A stretch of 64,000 nt of DNA from Candidatus Heimdallarchaeum endolithica (GTDB lineage: Archaea > Asgardarchaeota > Heimdallarchaeia > Heimdallarchaeales > Heimdallarchaeaceae). Under the pieces are notes generated by a model. That model worked only from the letters and a program-made list of their open reading frames with translations, had not been told where the DNA came from and did not search any database. Below are positions 9,863 to 19,923 of the stretch, piece by piece (position 1 is the stretch's first letter; every line of letters starts with the position of its first letter). The translations under genes were made by a program, and so were the position numbers. The DNA is taken from assembly GCA_021513715.1 (NCBI GenBank), contig CP084167.1, forward strand, positions 2,720,001 to 2,784,000, written 5' to 3'.

Positions 9863-10927
9863 TTATATTGCCTTTTTTTTCTTCTTTACCCACGGTCTTT
9901 TTAATGCCCACATTCTGCTACCAACTGTTCCTTTGCCAAGATAATAAATATTTTCAAAATAATCATCTATATGTCTGTGAGACCAATCTTTGGGTTTTTT
10001 TAATTTTGTTTGTTGGCATGCTTCATCCCACAGATCCTTTATTTCAAAGCTCACATTTCTCTCTCCCATATAAAAAATACTTTCTGTAATAAACTCCGTT
10101 CCACAGGAACACTTTGGATTGTCAATTATAAACTGTCGTTGGTAAGATTTTTTACAAAATGGGCATTCTATTATGTCTTGTCCTATAAGTTCTATTTCTT
10201 TTTCTAAAGTTTCTTTAAGTTCTTCTAGTGTTCCTTCAAAATCAAATAGGTAAACATTGGTTCCTATCTCAATTTTCACACCATAAACATTTTTTGCCCA
10301 TCTTGCAAAATCTATTATACACGTTTTTATACCGTATGATTCGCCTTTTTTATTCAATTGGTATTCTAATTGTTTTGCCATTTGCCACTCTTTCTCTTTC
10401 TTGTAGGAGAGTTTTCTCAATTGGTTTAAGAAGTAAATCCTAGCATTGTTCGTAAGTTCAATAAGTTCTTTGATTATTCTATCACTGTTATATTCCTCAC
10501 CATTCTCATCAACATAAGTAGCTATAGATTGATTATCTTGTTTTTTTATTTTTTCTAAAATTAGATCGAGATCGCTTAATTCTTTATTATCTAACAAGTA
10601 GGAATCACTAATTACATCTGCTAGAAACATGAGCTGTTTCTTCTTTTTTTTAGGTAATTCTAGATTCAAAAGCAAATTGTCAATGTTAACTCTTTCTTTT
10701 TCTACTTCACTTATGAATCTTAAAGGGTCATAAATTTTTCCCCATCTTGTCCTGATCGCTTTGTTTTTTGGCCAGGTTTCATAGTAATCTTTAAGTTTTT
10801 CAAAAAACTGGTCCTTTTCGAGTTTTCTGTAATTTTCTGATTTAATTTTGCGAACCAATTGTAATAAAATTTGCTCTATAGCTTTCTGCCTTTGTTTTCT
10901 GCTTTGAGGTAGTTTAAGATTATTCAT
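9863..10927 (-). CDS. Hypothetical protein with a C-terminal zinc ribbon
   Basis: 354-aa ORF with CPFC...CSCG. Confidence 0.7.
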   Translation of the reverse strand: MNNLKLPQSRKQRQKAIEQILLQLVRKIKSENYRKLEKDQFFEKLKDYYETWPKNKAIRTRWGKIYDPLRFISEVEKERVNIDNLLLNLELPKKKKKQLMFLADVISDSYLLDNKELSDLDLILEKIKKQDNQSIATYVDENGEEYNSDRIIKELIELTNNARIYFLNQLRKLSYKKEKEWQMAKQLEYQLNKKGESYGIKTCIIDFARWAKNVYGVKIEIGTNVYLFDFEGTLEELKETLEKEIELIGQDIIECPFCKKSYQRQFIIDNPKCSCGTEFITESIFYMGERNVSFEIKDLWDEACQQTKLKKPKDWSHRHIDDYFENIYYLGKGTVGSRMWALKRPWVKKKKKAI

Positions 10928-11157
10928 TAGTTATACTATCGCAATTTAATATATAAACCCTTTAACTTTCTATGCCTAGTCCAATTTCCTTGTATAAAAT
11001 CCTTGCACAAAATTGTGATACAGTTGAAATGAAAATTTTTCTGAAAATGCCTAAGAACGACCAACTGAGCCAAAAATCTTATGTTTCTATAATCTTTTCT
11101 TTTCCTCCAATAAGTAAATTTAAAAGAAAATTTGCATATTTTCACATGATTGCTCAT

Positions 11158-11188
11158 TTTTTGTAAAAATTTAGTTTTATATTTTTAC
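11158..11188. repeat. 31-bp direct repeat, copy 2
   Basis: TTTTTGTAAAAATTTAGTTTTATATTTTTAC. Overlaps the stop codon of the pRiA4b ORF-3 gene. Confidence 0.8.
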
Positions 11189-11937
11189 ACGCAGCTCCTT
11201 AGGTATCTCTTAAACCTATCAGAATTGACAGTTTTTAAGTCAAAGTATTCAGGGTCAAAATCTTCTCCATACCAATGCATTAATTCTATATCTCTGCTCT
11301 GGGGATCTTTCAGCATTTGAATAAATTCCATATAAGCACCTGGTCCTCCACAATCTTCTGGAGGGCATGCTCGCTTACCAGCTATACAGTTCGGATAATG
11401 AGTATTGTTTTCACGTGGTAAAATCTTTTCTAGTTTAACTTCATGCTCAAACCAATCGCCAAAATCGTAAATATATATTGCCACATTATTATCAGTGGAA
11501 AACCAATCTGATATCTTTTCTTTTCGCTCATCAAAAACTGGTTCTCTATTCTCCATAATCATTTTGTGCATATGTAAAAAAATATTTTTTTGTTCTTCAG
11601 TTAAATCCTGTTTTTCAGTAATTCGCTTGAATCCTTGTTCAAAACTGAAGCTATCAAATGCTTCTTCATCAGGATCAGTTACTATTCGCGCTTCTTTGCC
11701 AGTTTTTGGGTGAACTATCTGAAACTCGTGAAGATGATAACAATTCCACCCCATAGCAGCTTGAATTGCAGCATGCAGCTCAAAAAAAGTATAACTTTCT
11801 GGAACTTGTATTCGACGCCAGATAGGAGGTTTAATATCTAACAATCTAATCTTAAATTGGTATACTTTTTTAAACGATTTAGAGACCATCGACATAAAAA
11901 AATCATTCACTATTTTAAAGTTTGAGATGAAAAACAA
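11185..11937 (-). CDS. Plasmid pRiA4b ORF-3 family protein
   Basis: YQFKIRL..IKPPIWRRIQVP, HLHEF, YIYDFGDWFEH and GKRACPPEDCGG. True start is probably MSMVSK. Confidence 0.9.
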   Translation of the reverse strand: MFFISNFKIVNDFFMSMVSKSFKKVYQFKIRLLDIKPPIWRRIQVPESYTFFELHAAIQAAMGWNCYHLHEFQIVHPKTGKEARIVTDPDEEAFDSFSFEQGFKRITEKQDLTEEQKNIFLHMHKMIMENREPVFDERKEKISDWFSTDNNVAIYIYDFGDWFEHEVKLEKILPRENNTHYPNCIAGKRACPPEDCGGPGAYMEFIQMLKDPQSRDIELMHWYGEDFDPEYFDLKTVNSDRFKRYLRSCV

Positions 11938-12081
11938 GGTTTGTTCATTCAGTAACTTAGATTAGACTTTGTGTAATAGAGAAATGTGAGTCTGTTTCAT
12001 AAATTTATCCAAGTTGAGTAAGTAACGGGCTGATGAAAATTAGAAAAATCAGAGCGATGACTAAATTCTTTACTTCCTCAT

Positions 12082-13188
12082 TTATTGATTTACAAAGGAT
12101 TTTCCACAATTAGAACAAAATCTAGCATCTATATCATTTTGAAAACCACAATTAGGACAATATTTGAATAATGGACGGTTAGGTATAGCATTTCTATAAG
12201 TATTTCTTTTAGCATTTAGAGGATTAACCTGGTCAATTTTTTTATCCCTTACCTCTAAAACCATTGATTTAGGATTTCCGGAAGCTGGATTTTTCTTAAA
12301 AGCAATCTTTGTCTCATTATCCGCATAGACAACTTCTTCTGACATAGATGGGTTTAAGTTTCCAGTTCGCAAATTAGTTGGATGAACAAAACTGTTTTGC
12401 ATACCAGCAGTTCCACCAGTAAAACCTATCTTCTTTGCATCATTACTTAAAGCATAAAAACCACCAACAAAGAAAATATAGCCCAAAAGAGCAGAAATAC
12501 TGGCAATTAAAAACCAAATCAAGAATGAGGTATCGAAATAACCAGTTAAAAGACCTTCAGAAATAGCACTTGTCATTTTAATTGTTCCAAAAACGCTAGA
12601 GAAAACAGAAACAATAATAATGTATCGAGAATATAAAAGCCAATTAGTAAACTGGTCATAGAAAAGATTCATTTGTTGCAATTGATCAAAGGTAGAAGAA
12701 AGAACTTTAAAACCTAAAGTAAGAAAAATAAAAGGAAGAAGAATTAATATTAGTAAAATAAAGCTAAAAGACGGTAAAAAGAAAAGCAGAAGAAATAGAA
12801 AAGGAGAAATAAAAGCTATAATCATCTCAGAAAACATACTCACTTTAATGTATTTGCTTACATCTTTAGCAGAATTAGTATGAAAATTGTAGTAAAAAGA
12901 AAGCTCTGTAGAAAGATCATTAAAACCACCTGCAAGCTTGAAAAAAAAGATATAGCGAAAGATAACAAGAACAATAGAAAAAATAGAAACTAAAAAAAGA
13001 GAAACAAGAAAATAATCAAAATTTAAAAATTTAATAAAAAGAGAAAAACCTGTATATAAAAACAAATAAGAAATAAATTCCGATAAGGCAATAATAATAT
13101 AAATTATCCCTAAAGCTTTAGAAGAGCTAGCTATTTTGTTTTTTATTATCGATAGTCTGCTTTGAGCTGTGTTTTGATGCATTTTCAA
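12082..13188 (-). CDS. Multi-pass membrane protein with a C-terminal zinc ribbon
   Basis: About 6 TM segments, then CPNCG...CSNCG. Confidence 0.8.
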   Translation of the reverse strand: MKMHQNTAQSRLSIIKNKIASSSKALGIIYIIIALSEFISYLFLYTGFSLFIKFLNFDYFLVSLFLVSIFSIVLVIFRYIFFFKLAGGFNDLSTELSFYYNFHTNSAKDVSKYIKVSMFSEMIIAFISPFLFLLLFFLPSFSFILLILILLPFIFLTLGFKVLSSTFDQLQQMNLFYDQFTNWLLYSRYIIIVSVFSSVFGTIKMTSAISEGLLTGYFDTSFLIWFLIASISALLGYIFFVGGFYALSNDAKKIGFTGGTAGMQNSFVHPTNLRTGNLNPSMSEEVVYADNETKIAFKKNPASGNPKSMVLEVRDKKIDQVNPLNAKRNTYRNAIPNRPLFKYCPNCGFQNDIDARFCSNCGKSFVNQ

Positions 13189-13449
13189 ACCCTCAAGGAA
13201 ATTTCAAAAAAAAATAAAATTTTTTTTTTAAAGAAAAAACAAGTTTAAATTTAAAATATAAATAGAATTAAAAGAACAAAAAACCAAGAGTTAGAATTAA
13301 AAAAATTGAGCTGTAAAGTATCTGTTTAACATTAAACCTAGAATTAAAAAAGGTAACATAGAATATGATTGTATTTTGAGACCTTATTACAACATTAAGA
13401 TAAAAGTGGTTTAATTTTTTTCATTTTTTACTTTTTTTTCATTTTTTTC

Positions 13450-13633
13450 AAGCATGTCCAAAAATTCTTTTTCACATACTAAACGGTACGAAGGAGTAAA
13501 AGGTAGTTGTAACAGAGAAGAGAACTGTACAAGGTAGAGCGGATGGTGGAAGGTAAGCGATCAAGGATGGGCGGAAGAGAGAGTTTGAGAAGACCAAAGA
13601 CGTGTTCAATACTACTACGATACTCGGGGTGAT
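13450..13633 (-). mobile_element. IS5-family fragment (one TIR plus the transposase 3' end)
   Basis: AAGCATGTCCAAAAATTCTTTTTCAC... is homologous to 1037-1220. Homology stops at ACTCGGGGTGAT. Confidence 0.88.
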
Positions 13634-14332
13634 AAGAGTTCGTTCTTTGCTAAAGATCAAATACAAGCAACTTTTGCTGGAATAAGACCTCTCTTTGTCG
13701 ATGAAAAGGAGAAAGAAAAAGAGATAACTGATATATCTCGTGAATACAAAATTGTAGAACTAGAAAAAGGGTTAATCGTTGTTATAGGTGGAAAACTCAC
13801 TACATATAGATTACTCGCTAAAAAAGTAGTAGATAAAATAACAAAGAAACATTTGAAAATTAGAAGAAAATGTTTAACTCATAAAGTAAAGTTACCAGGG
13901 TCAGACGTGGAAAACTATGAAAAAGAAGAAAAAAGAATTCTTAAAGAATTAGAGTCAATGAATATAGAACCAATTTGCGCTTCACACTTAATAAACACGT
14001 ACGGTACAAGAGTAGATAAAATAATAGAAATAGTAAAAGAAAAACCATCTTTAAAGGATAGAATCTCACAAAATAAACCAATCATTAAGGCAGAAATAGA
14101 ATATATGCTTGCTAATGAGTTTGTTGAAACACTAGAAGATATAATGATTAGACGTACATGGTTAAACCTTGAACAAGATCACGGTTTTGATTGTCTTGAT
14201 TATATATCCAATTGATTAAGAAAAGAATACGAGAAAAAGCATTCAAAAGAAAAAGCTACAGAGATGATTAATCAGCAAATTATAAACTATAAGGATTATA
14301 TATCAAAAATGGAGAAAAGAATAAATTATTGA
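13631..14332 (+). pseudogene. glpD: C-terminal remnant of FAD-dependent glycerol-3-phosphate dehydrogenase
   Basis: The frame reads ATFAGIRPL...ISRE...GGKLTTYRLLAKKVVD...HLINTYG...LEDIMIRRT. The FAD-binding N-terminus is missing and there is an in-frame TGA at 14213-14215. Confidence 0.85.
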
Positions 14333-14428
14333 AAAGACAAATTTAATATTGAGCAAAGTAAGTGTAAACCAATCTTGTAGTCAGTACGACAGAAATAAAT
14401 TAGTTTTATATAATAAATTGAAATATTT

Positions 14429-14468
14429 CTGATGTTTGCTGATGTTTATTGATGTTTACTGATGTTTT
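14429..14468 (+). repeat. Four tandem 10-bp repeats (YTGATGTTTN) upstream of the SBP gene
   Basis: CTGATGTTTG CTGATGTTTA TTGATGTTTA CTGATGTTTT. Confidence 0.85.
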
Positions 14469-14504
14469 CAATATCTTTATTAAGTCTTTAACATAATTTA
14501 ACTT

Positions 14505-16274
14505 TTGATGAGAAAAATAGTCTTTACTAAATTTATTTTTTTAGTAATAATTCTCTTTTACTCAGCAATATTCACTTTTTCAGAAAATACAAATGAAAAT
14601 GATTACTTCTTTTCTATAAACTTACTATCTCTTAATTATTCTTGTTGTCCTAATGTATATGCTCACCAAATGGAAGAAGAATTACCCAAAATTGGTATTA
14701 ATATTAGTTATCATGAATCAACTAGTTGGGGTGGTATTACGCCCAGAACGTGGGGTTACCCCGTTGGTGAAGAAGGTAAGTTTGATTATATTCCCACCTA
14801 TGAAGATGGGGGATACGATATTTTCTTTGTAGGTTGGTATTGGGGACTAGATTGGGATCCAACAGATCTGTTTGATTCTGTAAGTATCGTTCCTAATGGA
14901 GATAATGTGTACCAGTATAGTAATCCTAAGTTCGATAGAACACTGGGTGAGTATACAACTGAACTAAATGATGAAGTACGTATTGAAAAAGCAAAAGAAT
15001 TACAAGCTATCCTTTATGAAGACCTGCCAGCTATAACCATGCTTTACTTCGTAGAAATTTATGGGTGCAATAAGAATGTCAATGGAATTGACCCTACTTT
15101 GTTAATTAACAGTGCTCATCGTTCAGAAAATTGGGAAAAAATAAATGGAGAGAACATTAGCTGGGCTATACCCGCAGAGTTAACAGAATACAGCATATTT
15201 ATACAAGAATCTTATTATGATAAACTATGGATGAATTGTGTTTATTATGGACTTTTTGAACGTTCACAAGAAACTCATCTGATGGAACCAGTTATAGCTA
15301 AAAACTACACTGTTAGTGAAGATAAGAAAGTTATTAGAGTTGATATTAATCCTAACGCCTATTTCTCTAATGGTGATAAAGTAACAGCTTACGATGTAGA
15401 TTATACTTATGAACTGTTTATGACAAAATCGCTAGACACACCATATTACAAAAAACTAACAAACCTATTCGAAAATAACGATTCAATTAAGGCAATAGAT
15501 AATGATACAGTGGAATTTAAATTCAAAGAACCTTATGGTTTCGCCTTAAGTGTATTAAGTCATGGTATAATAAACAAAAAAATAGTAAGTCAATATATAG
15601 AAGAAAATGGGTACAAGCTTACAGTCCTAGACCAAGCTCTGGTAACAAGCACAGGACCATATATGCTAAACGTTTCAGAGTTTAATACAAGTAAAAGTAT
15701 AGTAACACTCAGACCAAATCCATATTGGTCTATTACAGAAAATAATCCAGTAAATAAGATAATATTCCAGTACATAAGTGGTAAAGATACAGCAATTAGT
15801 GCTTTAGCAAATGGTACAATAGATATAGTCGATTCAAGTTATTCCGCAAAAGAAACAGATTTTGAAAATATAGAAGCGAATATCCTAAAAGCTAAAAGCA
15901 TAACTACAGAGGAAATGGCTATAAATATGAAACACCCTATAATAGGAACAGGAGAACTTACACCTCTAGGAACAGCAGAAGCAGCAAAAAAAATACGTAA
16001 AGCTATAAGTCACGCAGTACCAAGAGAAACCCTAACAGAAAAAGTATTTTATGGAACAGCTGTCCCAGGAATAACGCCAATGCCTGAAGGATGTGTAGGT
16101 TTTGATTCGTCATTAGAACCCTATTCTTATGACCTAAATCTAGCCATTCAACTAATTGAGGAAACAGGATTTACAAGAAATACTACAACAGACACAACAG
16201 GAAATGCTAGATTACTAGTAATAACATTGATTTCTATTTGTTATGCTGTAATCTTAAAAAGAAAAAAGAAATAA
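14505..16274 (+). CDS. ABC transporter substrate-binding protein, family 5 (peptide/nickel), circularly permuted
   Basis: PVIAKNY..SED, FSNGDKVTAYDV, TGPY, NPYW and IRKAISHAV. The usual C-terminal segment (YSNPKFD...LYEDLP) lies at the N-terminus. Signal peptide and C-terminal anchor present. Confidence 0.85.
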   Translation: MMRKIVFTKFIFLVIILFYSAIFTFSENTNENDYFFSINLLSLNYSCCPNVYAHQMEEELPKIGINISYHESTSWGGITPRTWGYPVGEEGKFDYIPTYEDGGYDIFFVGWYWGLDWDPTDLFDSVSIVPNGDNVYQYSNPKFDRTLGEYTTELNDEVRIEKAKELQAILYEDLPAITMLYFVEIYGCNKNVNGIDPTLLINSAHRSENWEKINGENISWAIPAELTEYSIFIQESYYDKLWMNCVYYGLFERSQETHLMEPVIAKNYTVSEDKKVIRVDINPNAYFSNGDKVTAYDVDYTYELFMTKSLDTPYYKKLTNLFENNDSIKAIDNDTVEFKFKEPYGFALSVLSHGIINKKIVSQYIEENGYKLTVLDQALVTSTGPYMLNVSEFNTSKSIVTLRPNPYWSITENNPVNKIIFQYISGKDTAISALANGTIDIVDSSYSAKETDFENIEANILKAKSITTEEMAINMKHPIIGTGELTPLGTAEAAKKIRKAISHAVPRETLTEKVFYGTAVPGITPMPEGCVGFDSSLEPYSYDLNLAIQLIEETGFTRNTTTDTTGNARLLVITLISICYAVILKRKKK

Positions 16275-16405
16275 ATTAAATCCTTCTATCAGATAACACA
16301 GCAATGAAACAATATCTCATATATAAAGGGATTTGGGATATTGTTCATATTTTCATATTTCTCTCTTCTATAAATATGGTCTATGATTATTGAATAATAA
16401 ATCTA

Positions 16406-17131
16406 CTAATCATCATTTTGTAATTTTTTTTCATCTTTTTTTCTTACTCTATCTGTGAATTTAGCCAATCTGTTGTACATAAAATTTCCAAAAAATTTCT
16501 CAATTATTGCTGGAGGAAGACCTTCTTTTTTCCTATTCATTATAAGTTGAGAATAGATGTCATCAAAAGAATTAACAAAACCTTTATCTTCAACTACCCA
16601 GTGTTGTAAAACAACAAGATCGCTTTTTCCATTCCAGTCAATAGTAGGAATTTGCTCTTTTGTTATTTTACCTTGTTTTAGCAAAGATTCATACAAAGCT
16701 TTGTCTAAAAGTGATTCACAAGAAATCCACTTGTTGTCCAAAAAGCATTCACACCAAAAATGGCTAGCTTGATTAGAGATTTTATTGTAAACAAAATTAG
16801 GAACAAGTGGTTTTAGTGATTCCTTTAGAGCTGATGATACTCTGAGTCTAGAAGGAATACCAACAGCTCGAAGAAAAGCCATATGAAGAGAAGTCTTATT
16901 TGCACATTCACCATAACCTTTTTTCAAAGTCCTAGAAGCTCGAGCATCAACATTTGAAATGCCAAACTTAATGTTATCTCTAATCCAATAAAAAATCTTT
17001 AGAGCTTTATCAAGCTGAGTGGTTGCTCCCTCTACAATTTCCATAACTTTATCTCTGATAATTGAATTATTAAAATCACAACTTCTTGTGGGTTGGAGAA
17101 AAAGCTCTAGGCTATTGTTGATGTTATACAT
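16406..17131 (-). CDS. Transglutaminase-like protein
   Basis: GECANK...LRAVGIPSR...HFWCE...W..CE catalytic pattern. Confidence 0.85.
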   Translation of the reverse strand: MYNINNSLELFLQPTRSCDFNNSIIRDKVMEIVEGATTQLDKALKIFYWIRDNIKFGISNVDARASRTLKKGYGECANKTSLHMAFLRAVGIPSRLRVSSALKESLKPLVPNFVYNKISNQASHFWCECFLDNKWISCESLLDKALYESLLKQGKITKEQIPTIDWNGKSDLVVLQHWVVEDKGFVNSFDDIYSQLIMNRKKEGLPPAIIEKFFGNFMYNRLAKFTDRVRKKDEKKLQNDD

Positions 17132-17336
17132 ATCTAGTCATCTTTTATGTAAAAAAGTAACATCAATGTTCTTATATCTTTTGAAAAAAACTTGAATTTA
17201 CTAATTCAAAAGAAGAGAAATGCTTTTTATAAGTAATCTGAAAGGTGCTGTTAGATATTTTTCTTAACTAAAATTGTAATGTTAATATGTTGACTAAAAA
17301 TATAATTGATTTATTCATTTTAAGAGATTTTAATAC

Positions 17337-18349
17337 GCATGTCCAAAAATTCTTTTTCACCTACTAAACGGTCCGAAGGAGTAAAAAGTAGTTGTAACAG
17401 AGGAGAGAACCATAAAGGGTAGAGAGAATGGTAGAGGGTAAGCGATCAAGGATCGGGGGAAGAGAGAGTTTAAGGAGACTAAACCAACGACATGTTCAAT
17501 ACTACTACGATACTCGGGGTGGTTATTATGATAGACGATACAGACCAGTGTAGAGACGATGAGCTTGAACTATTGGTCCGAGGGGAGGAGGAAAGGGATA
17601 ACGAGCATTACTTTTTGGGAGAATAACAGGGAAAAAGGAATGTTGGCTAAGAAGACCCACGATATTTTCTGTCCAGTAGGCACAGTTACCATAGAAACTC
17701 AAGAACTGTCTCAAGAATGCAGGAGGAAGTTTCTGCCATAGTAAACCGAAGACTTTACTATCGTGAGTGTTACTAGCAGAATGAGCTAGAGAGACTATAG
17801 CTCTGGAGGGTAAACCTACTATAAGGTGTATCTTCCAGAAAAGTTTAGTTTGGAGGTTTTCTTTAGTGCTCCCCTTGACCATTTGAGAAAACGCCAAACA
17901 GAAGCTTGACGAATTTTAAAACCTGAACTATCCACCCCATATCTTTCAACCCTTTTTTTCTCATCATTTCTCCCCCTAAATCTATTATCTATTGCTCTAA
18001 GATTTTACTTTCTGTTACTCTCCACACTACATGAAAAGTGGATTTGGAAGGAATATTCTTCATCCACCCCTCTTCTATCAAAAAGTCGCATAAAGACAAT
18101 TTTTCTTCTAACTTCCTCCAGGCTATTCCTTCTATTCTCGCAATAATTGCTATTGCTAATATCACCCATCTCTCTACTATTCTTTTTCTCCCTCTCTTAC
18201 TTTCTCTCGTTTCCTCTTTCACCAGTTTCTTAAGGAAAAGTTCATTAATGACTATGAATTCTCTTACTTTTTGGGAGTCTAAAATCTGGAAATATATCAT
18301 ACTTCCGACATAAACCCCCGCATTAATAAAAATTAATTTTTGGACATGC
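17337..18349 (-). mobile_element. IS5-family element, decayed copy 2 (transposase pseudogene)
   Basis: Both TIRs (GCATGTCCAAAAATT) are present. The transposase is broken by TGG>TAG at 17989 and by indels, leaving fragments 17989-18300 and 17526-17897. Confidence 0.92.
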
Positions 18350-18653
18350 TTTTTTTATACTAAAAAATGTTACAAGATCTAAAAAAGTAAAAAAAAATGA
18401 TTAAATCTATTTTTATTCTTGAATGTTACAAATTGGCTTGAGCTTTGAAATCTTGATTTCTTCCTGCTTTGTCTGAATTATATAGAATGAGCTTTGCAGT
18501 CTCCTTTGTTGTAGATTTTGTTTTTTTGTCATCGTGTCACTATTATCTCATAAAGAAGTTATAATATTTAATCATTCTATTTTAAAAGCTATCTTTCTTC
18601 ATTTATCGTCCTAAGTGTGTTTGGTTGGTGTTTGTGCTTTTATTTATTCTTGT

Positions 18654-19565
18654 TTATAATTCAACCAAATCTATAAGTTCACAAAAGTCTTTATATAGAG
18701 AAACAACTTCTTTCTTTTTTAATCTAAAGTCCAATTTATGTTTTGTAGAATTATACTGAATTCTTATTTGGTTTAATAATCTTTCTTGGTGTTTATCAAT
18801 AATTTTTCTTTGAACTAAATCTTGAATTAAGTTTTGATTAATCTCCTTTTTCTTTTGATTTAGTAAGTGAATACACCAAAGTTCTGAAACTCTCCCCAAC
18901 GATAACATTGATGCAATGGTATCTACTTTTAGTAATTCGTCGATTTTTTTTGTTTGCGAAATCAAATCCTCATGATTCAGAGGTTCAGTAATCTCTCTAA
19001 TATGTAACCCATTAGCACATGTATCTATTTCTGTTTCTAAGAGGCCCCATTTATAATCAAATGTAGAAATTATTTGATTTTTTGCATCATCCATAATCCA
19101 TTTCTCTAGTTCTTCTTTAGGCATTAGATCAAGTTCATATGTTTTCCTTCTTTCTTCTCTACGATAATAACTAACAATGATCTTATCCTTTTTTCTTTCT
19201 ACTAAATAGTTTCCATAGACCTCATCTGTTTCCCAGACATCTCTCTCTAGCAGAAAAATAATTGAATCTTTACGACTTCTTCTATAATCTTTATGTATGA
19301 AAGATATAACTTTTTCATCAAAATAATAATGATATTTTTGGAGGAAATCCCAAATTTCCTGTAAGTGATTTAACAACAATCCCAGTAATGTTTTTGGCCA
19401 TGAATATTTAGGTTCAGTAAACCTTGGTTTAGCAATACATAAACTGTTTTCTTTATTAAAGTTAACTCTCATCTCGCGTTTGTAAGGGATTTCTCGCAGT
19501 TTGCCTTCTAGTTTTTTATGTTTTTCCAATAGCTCATTTCCTAACTTAACCAACTCTTCTTGCAT
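18654..19565 (-). CDS. Hypothetical protein with a C-terminal HEPN-like (DUF4145-like) domain
   Basis: GRVSE...IRIQYNSTKH in the C-terminal helical region. Starts 13 bp downstream of the NTase. Confidence 0.55.
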   Translation of the reverse strand: MQEELVKLGNELLEKHKKLEGKLREIPYKREMRVNFNKENSLCIAKPRFTEPKYSWPKTLLGLLLNHLQEIWDFLQKYHYYFDEKVISFIHKDYRRSRKDSIIFLLERDVWETDEVYGNYLVERKKDKIIVSYYRREERRKTYELDLMPKEELEKWIMDDAKNQIISTFDYKWGLLETEIDTCANGLHIREITEPLNHEDLISQTKKIDELLKVDTIASMLSLGRVSELWCIHLLNQKKKEINQNLIQDLVQRKIIDKHQERLLNQIRIQYNSTKHKLDFRLKKKEVVSLYKDFCELIDLVEL

Positions 19566-19578
19566 TTAAACCCCAATA

Positions 19579-19923
19579 TCATTGAAACTTACTGCATGGT
19601 TCTAGCGCTAAACTTACTTTTCCTCCACTTTCAGGAAAAACATTGACCACGTTACCAGATCCACCTAACTCTACTCTAACTTTTTCACCTTTGTATTCTG
19701 CTATTTCTTTTTCTAAACACTTAATTAGCTTCGGATAGAATTTTTCTTTGGTTGTTTCTCCTCCTTCTATGCAGAATTGGTAATCAAAATCACTAGTTCG
19801 TTGAAAATCTCCTCTGTTTCTAGATCCCACAGCCCTAATTTCTATGTTGGGAAAGCATTTTTTAACGTGCTGTTTTACTACATTTGCAAAATCATCATAA
19901 AATTTTTTACTTCTTGGTTTCAT
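19579..19923 (-). CDS. Minimal pol-beta-superfamily nucleotidyltransferase
   Basis: VGSRNRGD...SDFD motif in a 114-aa ORF. Confidence 0.8.
   Translation of the reverse strand: MKPRSKKFYDDFANVVKQHVKKCFPNIEIRAVGSRNRGDFQRTSDFDYQFCIEGGETTKEKFYPKLIKCLEKEIAEYKGEKVRVELGGSGNVVNVFPESGGKVSLALEPCSKFQ

Noticed and set aside
14487-14514. TTTAACATAA matching the bacterial XerD arm (pdif-like)
   Set aside because: The other arm does not fit, and such a 10-mer is expected by chance at this AT content.
18654-19923. Canonical CBASS
   Set aside because: The NTase is too short for a full CD-NTase, and no Cap2/3 or recognisable sensor domain is present.
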